Below are positions 6,704 to 13,223 of a stretch of 21,375 nucleotides of DNA, piece by piece; positions within the stretch are counted from its first letter, which is position 1; each line of letters starts with the position of its first letter. The translations under genes and the position numbers were made by a program. Under the pieces are notes generated by a model, which was not told the DNA's origin, did no database searches, and saw only the letters and a program-made list of their open reading frames with translations. Origin of the DNA: Candidatus Woesearchaeota archaeon (lineage in GTDB: Archaea > Nanobdellota > Nanobdellia > Nanobdellales > CAZNIQ01); assembly GCA_964573185.1 (NCBI GenBank), contig CAZNIQ010000002.1, positions 16,485-37,859 of the forward strand, in the 5' to 3' direction.

Positions 6704-8373
6704 GTCAACATTCCAAAGGATTTTTTGAACGTCTTATAAATAACGAACATTAATTTTGCCGTATCTTCTTTTAATTTGTTCTTTTCATCTTCAGCTTTCT
6801 TTTTCTTTTGTTCTTTTTCCCATTCTTCTTTTTTCTTTTTTATAGAAAATAGCCAATTTAAAATATCTTCTTTTAATTTTGAAAAACCTACAGAACTTAA
6901 AATATCTTTAACTAAATAATATAAATCTGAAAACGGTGGTAAATAAAATTCTTTTTTCTTCTTTTCCTCTTTCTTCTCTTCTTTTTTCTCTTCCTCCTTT
7001 TTTTCAGGCTTCTTTAAATAATCTTTTAACCATTCTATACCTGAAGCTATATCTGGAAATTTCTTTATCAATTTTTCAGCGAATTCATAATCTATTTCTC
7101 CTTTTTTCTTAAACTCTTCATATAACTCCTTGTCTTTTTCAATATAGTCTATAAAGAAAGCTTCAAAAATTGCAGGGGCAAGCATTTTAAGTGTTTCTGT
7201 AGTAAGGCCTTTCAAATACATTAAATCCCTTTCCATTTCCTTTCTTCTTATCGCTTTTAACTCTTCTTCTTTTAATATATATGCTTTAAAATCAACATGT
7301 AATTGTCCTACGTGTGTGTAGAAAGATGAGGTGGCTATTCTTTGTGCTTGAGGTGCGGATCTAAGATAAAATTTAATTTCATAACAAGGCAAATATTTTA
7401 CTTTCTTGAACTTTTTTTCTTTATCATCCCACTCTTCTATTTCTTTAGCCTTTCCAGTGGCAAACAGGGTTATTTCGATTAAAGCAGTTTCAAAAGCGTG
7501 TATTAAATCGGGGGTTTCCTGTTCTTTAAATAGAAGTTTTCTAGCATATCTAAAATAAGGACGTGCAAATTCAAAATAAGTAAACAAAGCATTTACCTGA
7601 TGCTTTAGATAAGCTAAAATAAGTTTATATCTAGTTTTTAATTCCTTTTCAGAATCTTTTACCCATTTTTTCCATTCAGCAAATCTACTTTTTATTAATC
7701 GTTTAATTCTTTCATTTACGTTTAATTGATCTATTTCATGTTCAAACATTACTGATAAAAATAAATCTATAGCATAAGTAGTACCGGCCCTTCTAGATAA
7801 ATTTAATAAAGAACCTGCACCTCTTTGAGCATCTACTTTATCCAACCATATGGATTTTAACGTTAAAGTATTTGCTAATGCCTCAGAAAATTTCTGTACG
7901 AATTCTAAATCCTCTTTTGAAAGCTCATCTGGTTTTTTATCTTTTAACTTCTGATATTTGTCAAATAGTTTTCTATATTCATTATAAGGATATTCAAAAA
8001 GATACTTTCCATTAAATTTTGCTTTATCATAAATCTGTATTCTTGTTTTTAACCATCTCCACTCATAAAGGATAGAGAGAATAGATCTTATGATAGCATT
8101 AATTAATTCAGCTAATTGTCTTCCTCTATCTAAAAGAATTGCTAATCTTTGCCCCATTTCTCCTAAAAAAGAGGATGCTGCAGCAGCTGTATAAAAATCA
8201 GAAAATTTTTCAACATTCAATTCCAGAGAATATCTCAAGAAGTCTACCATCCAAAAATAATATTGTTCTAAAACGTATTGGGGATTATCATGAATTATTT
8301 TAAACTCAAGTATTTTATGTTCTTTCCCAACTTCTTCTTTCTCTAGTGACTCCAAACTTATTTCTTTTTCCAT
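6694..8373 (-). CDS. Hypothetical protein (559 aa), no family recognised
   Basis: Long ORF with no competing frame. It is a mixed helical/beta sequence with a KE-repeat linker (KKEEEKKEEKKEEKKKKE, nt ~6948-7011). I found no P-loop, TM segment or signal peptide. Confidence 0.7.
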   Translation of the reverse strand: MEKEISLESLEKEEVGKEHKILEFKIIHDNPQYVLEQYYFWMVDFLRYSLELNVEKFSDFYTAAAASSFLGEMGQRLAILLDRGRQLAELINAIIRSILSILYEWRWLKTRIQIYDKAKFNGKYLFEYPYNEYRKLFDKYQKLKDKKPDELSKEDLEFVQKFSEALANTLTLKSIWLDKVDAQRGAGSLLNLSRRAGTTYAIDLFLSVMFEHEIDQLNVNERIKRLIKSRFAEWKKWVKDSEKELKTRYKLILAYLKHQVNALFTYFEFARPYFRYARKLLFKEQETPDLIHAFETALIEITLFATGKAKEIEEWDDKEKKFKKVKYLPCYEIKFYLRSAPQAQRIATSSFYTHVGQLHVDFKAYILKEEELKAIRRKEMERDLMYLKGLTTETLKMLAPAIFEAFFIDYIEKDKELYEEFKKKGEIDYEFAEKLIKKFPDIASGIEWLKDYLKKPEKKEEEKKEEKKEEKKKKEFYLPPFSDLYYLVKDILSSVGFSKLKEDILNWLFSIKKKKEEWEKEQKKKKAEDEKNKLKEDTAKLMFVIYKTFKKSFGMLTWK

Positions 8374-8387
8374 TAATTATAATTCTA

Positions 8388-8882
8388 ATGTCAACCATTA
8401 TAATACTTCCTTCTTGGGGATGGTCTTATAAAGACTTAGAATTTTTTATTTCAAGAATTAAAAGTTATAAAATATTTAGCACAAAACTTACTTCTTATTC
8501 TATCGAAGGAGCAAAAGTTATATGCGATGGTATGCTATCTGATTTAATAAATTTAACACCAAAATTTCTAATTCTAATAGCAGATCAAGGTTTTGTAGAA
8601 TTATGGGATAATACTATCCTAAGAGAATTTTTGATTGCAGCTAATGAAAATTTAATCAAAATGATTGCAATTTCTTTAGCACCATTAGTGTTAGCAAAAT
8701 TCGGAATTTTAAAAGACAGATTTGCAACAGTTAACTTAGATATTTTTCCAGAAGCGGAGAAAATTATGAAAAAATATCGTGTAAAGTTAGTGGATTTAAA
8801 ATGGGTAAAGGATAATAATATAATAACTGCAAAAAGAGCTAATTATTTACCTTCGGACGTTCTTGAAGAATTTTCTTTATAA
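8388..8882 (+). CDS. DJ-1/PfpI-fold (class I glutamine amidotransferase-like) protein lacking the nucleophile Cys
   Basis: From the ATG at 8388 the protein reads MSTIIILPSWGWSYKDLEF...FLILIADQG...LIKMIAISLAPLVLAKFGILKDRFATV...WVKDNNIITAKRANYLPS. This follows the DJ-1/PfpI topology, but the nucleophile-elbow AIC-x-GP is AISLAP here. The track's GTG start at 8346 would overlap the divergent 559-aa gene. Confidence 0.6.
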   Translation: MSTIIILPSWGWSYKDLEFFISRIKSYKIFSTKLTSYSIEGAKVICDGMLSDLINLTPKFLILIADQGFVELWDNTILREFLIAANENLIKMIAISLAPLVLAKFGILKDRFATVNLDIFPEAEKIMKKYRVKLVDLKWVKDNNIITAKRANYLPSDVLEEFSL

Positions 8883-9252
8883 AACTATAAGCATTTTCTC
8901 CCTTGATATTTATGTTTTTTGTAAGATAGCTTAGCATTTTGTTTGTTAATATAAGATATCCAATCTCCCTAATAATTTCTCTTAATTTTATTGCGTATTT
9001 TGCATATTCGAAAGAGTAATTTTCTAATAACAAATTCTCTACTTTCTTATAAATTTTATATGTAACGTATAGATGCTTCAACATTCTTCGTAACACGAAA
9101 AGAAGCTCTTGATAAATATACGTTTTTGCTTCTTCTTCCTCCAATTCTTTTATTAAATTGTAAGAGAGCTTAAGATATAATGTTGTAACCTTTGCTGTAA
9201 CACTACCCAATTTAATACCTTTTAATATTAATCTTTCATTCACCGATGACAT
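8839..9252 (-). CDS. Hypothetical all-helical protein (137 aa) with an R-x4-H-x-Y motif (possible HEPN-like)
   Basis: The track ORF 8839..9336 runs through tRNA-Gln. The internal ATG at 9252 has a TATA-like TTATAA (9275-9280) about 26 nt upstream. The only His in the protein sits in RRMLKHLY. Confidence 0.5.
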   Translation of the reverse strand: MSSVNERLILKGIKLGSVTAKVTTLYLKLSYNLIKELEEEEAKTYIYQELLFVLRRMLKHLYVTYKIYKKVENLLLENYSFEYAKYAIKLREIIREIGYLILTNKMLSYLTKNINIKGENAYSFIKKILQERPKVNN

Positions 9253-9287
9253 GTAACTACTACAAATGAAAAACTTATAATTTTTAC

Positions 9288-9360
9288 TAGCCCCGCGGGG
9301 ATTCGAACCCCGGTCACGGGGACCAGAACCCCGCATCCTTGGCCGCTAGACGACGGGGCT
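9288..9360 (-). tRNA. tRNA-Gln (anticodon CUG)
   Basis: Minus strand reads AGCCCCG-TC-GTCT...-CGGGG-TTCTGGT-CCCCG-TGAC-CGGGG-TTCGAAT-CCCCG-CGGGGCT-A. It forms a 73-nt cloverleaf with anticodon loop UUCUGGU and the A1-U72 pair typical of archaeal tRNA-Gln. There is no intron and no encoded CCA. Confidence 0.9.
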
Positions 9361-9375
9361 ATTTAATTAAAACAA

Positions 9376-9885
9376 TCATTTTATCTTTAAATTTTTTATT
9401 ACATAGAAAAATAACCCAAATAAGAAAAAGTTCAATATAATTGTCCAAAGAAAATTATGTAAGAAAAAAGGATTAACATATTTAGAAAAATAGATTGTAA
9501 CCAAAATTCTTAAGAAATTAAATGAAAGAATTAAAGGAATATATTTAACAAATAAAACAAACCTTCTTTTTGGATCTAAAAATGGGATAGAAAAGGTTAA
9601 TGAAAACCATGCTAGAGAACTTTTAATACCAATACAGTCAGCAGATATCTCAAAAATATAATTGTTATAAAAAACATAAGGACCTTGTGAATTTGTACTC
9701 AAAATTAATGAAATTAGTTTTGCTAAGAAACTTTGAATTGGTAATAATTGTGGATTATATTTGTTAAAAAAATAAAGAGGCAAACCAAAAATATGTAAAT
9801 TTATAAGAAAGAACAAAATTTTCGCTATTTTCTTTTGCTTCTTACTTAGTTTATCATAATATTTTTTAAATAGAAATTCAATCAA
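9376..9885 (-). CDS. Minimal archaeosortase/exosortase-family membrane protein (169 aa)
   Basis: Polytopic membrane protein carrying the family signature in the right order and spacing: ISADCIGIKSS (Cys84), NFLRI (Asn123-x-x-Arg126) and FFLHNFLW (His143). Confidence 0.68.
   Translation of the reverse strand: MIEFLFKKYYDKLSKKQKKIAKILFFLINLHIFGLPLYFFNKYNPQLLPIQSFLAKLISLILSTNSQGPYVFYNNYIFEISADCIGIKSSLAWFSLTFSIPFLDPKRRFVLFVKYIPLILSFNFLRILVTIYFSKYVNPFFLHNFLWTIILNFFLFGLFFYVIKNLKIK
9384..9391 (-). promoter_or_regulatory. TATA-like box (TTTAAAGA) for tRNA-Gln at -31..-24, preceded by an A-rich BRE-like run
   Basis: Minus strand reads AAAAAATTTAAAGATAAAATGATTGTTTTAATTAAAT followed by tRNA position +1 (A). 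The box lies inside the last codons of the upstream archaeosortase-like gene. Confidence 0.45.
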
Positions 9886-10186
9886 GATTTAATATTTTAT
9901 TAGTAAAGATAGCCGCTATAATCAGACCAGCTCCTATTAAAATTCCGGATATTGAAAAGGTTCGTGCTGATAAGCTTCCACCTAAAATTACTATTCCAAA
10001 TATCAAAACTAGGAATCTTAAAACATTAATTATAAATTTTCTTTCCTTTTCTTCACTTTCTTTTTTATACCTTAAGTATTCTTCGAATTTATCACTCTTT
10101 ATCAATTCTTTCTCCTTTAAAAAATCTAACACTATCTTTATCAAAATAAGCCCTAGAATTAGAATTATAATTACTGCTAAAAGCAT
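9878..10186 (-). CDS. Small membrane protein (102 aa, about 3 TM)
   Basis: Hydrophobic N-terminal and C-terminal segments flank a charged linker (KSDKFEEYLRYKKESEEKERK). The stop overlaps the archaeosortase-like start by 8 nt. Confidence 0.55.
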   Translation of the reverse strand: MLLAVIIILILGLILIKIVLDFLKEKELIKSDKFEEYLRYKKESEEKERKFIINVLRFLVLIFGIVILGGSLSARTFSISGILIGAGLIIAAIFTNKILNLD

Positions 10187-10191
10187 TGTTT

Positions 10192-10653
10192 TTATGTTTT
10201 CTTTTTCTTTATATGCTTTACTACTGCAGCTACTCCCTTTTTGAATTGTTTTATTTCTAAAGCGGAAAGTTTAGCTTCCCCAACAGCAATTAAATTATCT
10301 TTTTTATCTACAATTAAAACAATATCTTTCGGCAAGATTTCTTCATCTAAATCTATAACGAATTTGCAGAACACAGATTTTCCTTTAGAAACAAAGGGTA
10401 CAGCTTCATCTGAAATAACTATTCTGTATTTTGGATATTCTAAAATTTCCTTTAATCTTAAACCACCTTCATATGTTAAAATTAGAAATCCGGTAGTGGG
10501 TTCTATAGTTGCCAATAATGTATTATTTAAATATATCCACCTTATTCTTCCTGTTTTTCCTTTTAATATTTTTACACTATCTGGAAATAATTTTTCTCCA
10601 ACCCCTCTTCCAAATTGAAAATCTGCTATAGCTCTAATTAATTCTAACTCCAT
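10192..10653 (-). CDS. PUA-domain protein resembling the C2+PUA C-terminal region of archaeosine tRNA-guanine transglycosylase
   Basis: LIRAIADFQFGRGVGEKLF...RIVISDEAVPFVSKGKSVFCKFVIDLDEEILPKDIVLIVDKKDNLIAVGEAKLSALEIKQFKKGVAAVVKH is the typical pre-PUA plus PUA pattern. Confidence 0.78.
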   Translation of the reverse strand: MELELIRAIADFQFGRGVGEKLFPDSVKILKGKTGRIRWIYLNNTLLATIEPTTGFLILTYEGGLRLKEILEYPKYRIVISDEAVPFVSKGKSVFCKFVIDLDEEILPKDIVLIVDKKDNLIAVGEAKLSALEIKQFKKGVAAVVKHIKKKKT

Positions 10654-11182
10654 AGAACCTTAAAACAACAAGATCTACAAGCTTCAATATGTTAGACTCA
10701 TTACCAATTATGTATAATTTGTTTTTTATTAAACTAACATTTTCTTTTCCTTCTCTATAAATGATACAAAATACAGTCCTACTACACAAGCTTTCATTTC
10801 CTATTATTTGACAATAGGTTGAATTGTAGGGTTTTGTACAAACATATACGACTTCAAACCCTAAATTTCTCAAAGGAAGAATTATATGATTTAAAAGAGA
10901 GATTACTCCTAAAGAAAAGTTTCCTTTTAAGTATGGATTGTATATGAAATAGATAGTTGAATAATTATATAGATATGCATAGTTAAAGTTAGTTAGGTTA
11001 TCTTTAAATTTTAGCAATATTTTCTTTGGATTGTTAAATGTATAAATAAAAGTATTATTATACCACGGGATAACATACTTCTTTATTTCGGAATTATAAT
11101 AAAATATCGTTTTATGTTTTGGAATCAAAAAAAGTAGCCCAAATAATACAACAATCCCTAATAATAAGAAGTGCTTTCTCAT
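10634..11182 (-). CDS. Secreted or N-terminally anchored protein (182 aa) with 8 N-glycosylation sequons and 4 Cys
   Basis: N-terminal signal or anchor MRKHFLLLGIVVLFGLLFLIP. Sequons are NNT, NLT, NYS, NFS, NST, NES, NVS and NES. There is a Cys cluster at YVCTKPYNSTYCQIIGNESLCSRTVFC. Confidence 0.6.
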   Translation of the reverse strand: MRKHFLLLGIVVLFGLLFLIPKHKTIFYYNSEIKKYVIPWYNNTFIYTFNNPKKILLKFKDNLTNFNYAYLYNYSTIYFIYNPYLKGNFSLGVISLLNHIILPLRNLGFEVVYVCTKPYNSTYCQIIGNESLCSRTVFCIIYREGKENVSLIKNKLYIIGNESNILKLVDLVVLRFYGVRIN

Positions 11183-11217
11183 TAAGCAAACTTTATTAAA
11201 ATAATTTAAAATAATTA

Positions 11218-12006
11218 ATGTTTATAATGGAGAACAGAAAGGAGATAGAAGAAAAAATAATTCAGTTCCTTAGGCAAAATCCTCATGGTGCAACAGGTTC
11301 TGAAATAGCTAAATATCTTGGAATGAACAGAGTTACCGTTGCCAAATATCTTGAAGTTCTAAGAGCAGAAGGATTGATAGATTATAAACAAGTTGGAAGA
11401 ACTAAAATATGGTATTTAAATGAAGATATAGCGACAGTTGAAGTATTGAAAGGAAGAAAAGATATTTTGAAAGTTTTGAAAAGGAAAGAAGATAATTCTT
11501 TGGTTATATTAGGCGGAGATTTAGAATTCGTCATATTACCAACAGAGTTCATACCTGATTTATATATAGAGTTATTCAAATCTTTAGAAAACGCTGAAGG
11601 AGTAATAAGAAACATTGGAAGAAGGTTGGGAAGGCAATTAGTACATCTTTCAGAAATTTATACAGGTGTAAAACCTGCGAATCTTTCAGGGAGACATCTT
11701 GAAAATTTTGTAAAGCAGTTAATAATTTTCTTTCTAAATTTAGGATGGGGGAAATTGAAAGATATAGTCTTCAATTATAAGAAAAAAGAATTGATAGTTG
11801 TAGTTGAAAATTCCAAAATAGCAGATTCTCTAAAAGAAGTGGAGGATCCTGTATTAACAAAATTGAAAGGAAAACCGGTATGTTATTTACTACAAGGAGT
11901 ATTTTTAGGGATTATGGAAGCGATCTTTCCGGATGTATTTAATGTGGAAGAAAGAAAATGTATATATAAAGGAGATGAATACTGTGAGTTTGTTGTTTCC
12001 CCTTAA
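11218..12006 (+). CDS. Transcriptional regulator, N-terminal winged HTH + C-terminal V4R domain
   Basis: The wHTH is IIQFLRQNPHGATGSEIAKYLGMNRVTVAKYLEVLRAEGLIDYKQVGRTKIWYL. The C-terminus ends with the V4R-type motif CYLLQGVFLGIMEAIF...ERKCIYKGDEYCEFVV. The start could instead be the ATG at 11227. Confidence 0.8.
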   Translation: MFIMENRKEIEEKIIQFLRQNPHGATGSEIAKYLGMNRVTVAKYLEVLRAEGLIDYKQVGRTKIWYLNEDIATVEVLKGRKDILKVLKRKEDNSLVILGGDLEFVILPTEFIPDLYIELFKSLENAEGVIRNIGRRLGRQLVHLSEIYTGVKPANLSGRHLENFVKQLIIFFLNLGWGKLKDIVFNYKKKELIVVVENSKIADSLKEVEDPVLTKLKGKPVCYLLQGVFLGIMEAIFPDVFNVEERKCIYKGDEYCEFVVSP

Positions 12007-12022
12007 AAAAGAAAAATTAGGT

Positions 12023-12265
12023 TTAGGCTTTTAATTTAGCTTTTACAGCTAATTTTATATCTTCAGGTTTGATTGTTGTTCTCTTTGCATGAGCTGCCAA
12101 TTTTACAGCTTCTTCGGCAATTTCCATTGCAATTTCTTCTAAAGCTTCTTTTAGATATCTTACAGCTTTGTCAGAAACTCTTGTGACACCGTGTGCTTGT
12201 CCTACCTTCTTAATGATTCTTTCGACAGCAGCTAAGGGTATTCCTCTTTCACCTCTTGCAGGCAT
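12023..12265 (-). CDS. Archaeal histone (HMf family histone fold)
   Basis: [14 protein letters not shown]...[47 protein letters not shown] is a canonical archaeal histone fold. It has short N- and C-terminal extensions. Confidence 0.9.
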   Translation of the reverse strand: MPARGERGIPLAAVERIIKKVGQAHGVTRVSDKAVRYLKEALEEIAMEIAEEAVKLAAHAKRTTIKPEDIKLAVKAKLKA

Positions 12266-12287
12266 AACCCCTATAGATATCTCCCCT

Positions 12288-12295
12288 TATTTAAA
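12288..12295 (-). promoter_or_regulatory. TATA box (TTTAAATA) of the histone gene
   Basis: Minus strand reads gaaaagTTTAAATAaggggagatatctataggggttATG. The box centre is about 26 nt upstream of the ATG at 12265, which implies a leaderless or near-leaderless mRNA. Confidence 0.5.
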
Positions 12296-12427
12296 CTTTT
12301 CTTCAAAACACTTTGATCTCTATGTGTTCTCTTAGGTTCATACTGTTCACGCCTTAAATACTAATAAGGAATAAAACTTCAAGTATGGATGAGTCTAATA
12401 AGAGATAATGATAAGATAAATAGATCT

Positions 12428-12438
12428 AAAAATAAAAA
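12428..12438 (-). terminator. Oligo-T terminator candidate downstream of PCNA
   Basis: The minus strand reads TTTTTATTTTT 9-19 nt after the PCNA stop codon. Archaeal RNA polymerase terminates at oligo-T tracts. Confidence 0.4.
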
Positions 12439-12446
12439 GATTAGAG

Positions 12447-13199
12447 CTACATCTCAACTCTAGGTGCTAGTATGAAACTTAGTTTTAATTTATCTAATAA
12501 TTTGTAATCCATCCAAACGGGATAATCTGTTTTAAACCTTATTGTTACCGTATCAGAAACGTCTGAAGCCTTCGTCATTTTATGTAGATAATCCACTGCG
12601 TATCTTGCTCTTGCCTTTTCAGGAATCTCCATTGAAATAACTGTCTCATCTTGTGGTGTGAATTCTACTTTCATTTCTCTTAATTCTCCTTCAGCTTTCA
12701 TAATAAACTTGGGTCCTTCGGGATCTGCTATAAATAGCATTGAATCTGAAATAACTTTAGCAGCATCCAAAATTTCTTTCATCGCTTTAGCATCTAACTC
12801 TATCTTTACAGGTAAATCTAATTGTGGTACTTTGTGTTCAGTCTGTTCTGCTTCAATTAAAGGTAAAGCAAAAGTTCTTTTAGCTTTTCCTTTGAATGTA
12901 ATTAAAAATCTATTCTTTTCCTTATCTAATGTCATTTCAACAGTTTCCTTCATTTTTACTTTTGTTAATATCTTCTTTAAGTCATCTAAAGATATAGTGA
13001 AGGTTTCTTCTCCATCAACCTCATATTCTAAGAAAAGATTAGGATACATCTCTAAAATTATCATTGCTACATTTGCAGGATCCATTGCAACTAAACTGAT
13101 CCCTTCAGGAGTTGCTTTAAATGTTCCTTCAGAGATTAAGCTTGCTAAAATTGGTACTATTTTCTTTAAAATCTTTGCTTCAGGTAAAACAGCTCTCAT
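12447..13199 (-). CDS. pcn: DNA polymerase sliding clamp PCNA
   Basis: 250 aa of two-domain clamp sequence: KILKKIVPILASLISEGTFKATPEGISLVAMDPANVAMIILEM...ARYAVDYLHKMTKA...LSFILAPRVE. A TATA-like TTTTAAAAA (13221-13229) lies about 26 nt upstream. Confidence 0.95.
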   Translation of the reverse strand: MRAVLPEAKILKKIVPILASLISEGTFKATPEGISLVAMDPANVAMIILEMYPNLFLEYEVDGEETFTISLDDLKKILTKVKMKETVEMTLDKEKNRFLITFKGKAKRTFALPLIEAEQTEHKVPQLDLPVKIELDAKAMKEILDAAKVISDSMLFIADPEGPKFIMKAEGELREMKVEFTPQDETVISMEIPEKARARYAVDYLHKMTKASDVSDTVTIRFKTDYPVWMDYKLLDKLKLSFILAPRVEM

Positions 13200-13223
13200 A
13201 GAAAAAATTAGAAATTATGGTTT

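Noticed and set aside
6948-7011. Long polypyrimidine (plus strand) / polypurine tract
   Set aside because: It is explained by the in-frame Lys/Glu low-complexity linker (KKPEKKEEEKKEEKKEEKKKKE) of the 559-aa protein. It is not a DNA-level repeat element.
7452-7470. TTCCAGTGGCAAACAGGGT, resembling the archaeal origin recognition box core (TCCAGTGGAAAC followed by a G-run)
   Set aside because: It is a single copy, lies inside the coding sequence of the 559-aa gene (ITLFATGKAKE), and has no inverted partner, AT-rich unwinding element or adjacent cdc6/orc1 gene.
9253-9336. N-terminal 28 codons of track ORF 8839..9336 (MRGSGPRDRGSNPRGASKNYKFFICSSY)
   Set aside because: This Gly/Arg/Pro-rich stretch is the same-strand translation of the 3' part of the GC-rich tRNA-Gln gene (9288-9360) and its 3' flank. 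The internal ATG at 9252, with a TATA box about 26 nt upstream, is the credible start.
12385-12429. Degenerate C/D-like arrangement ATGGATGA-g-tctaataagag-ata-ATGATAA-gataaatagat-CTAA in the PCNA-histone spacer
   Set aside because: The spacing resembles a C/D sRNA. But the C box has an inserted G, there is no CUGA D' box, the C' box is UGAUAA and the D box is CUAA, which lacks the G needed for the sheared G-A pair. In AT-rich sequence such near-matches are expected. At most it is a decayed sRNA gene.
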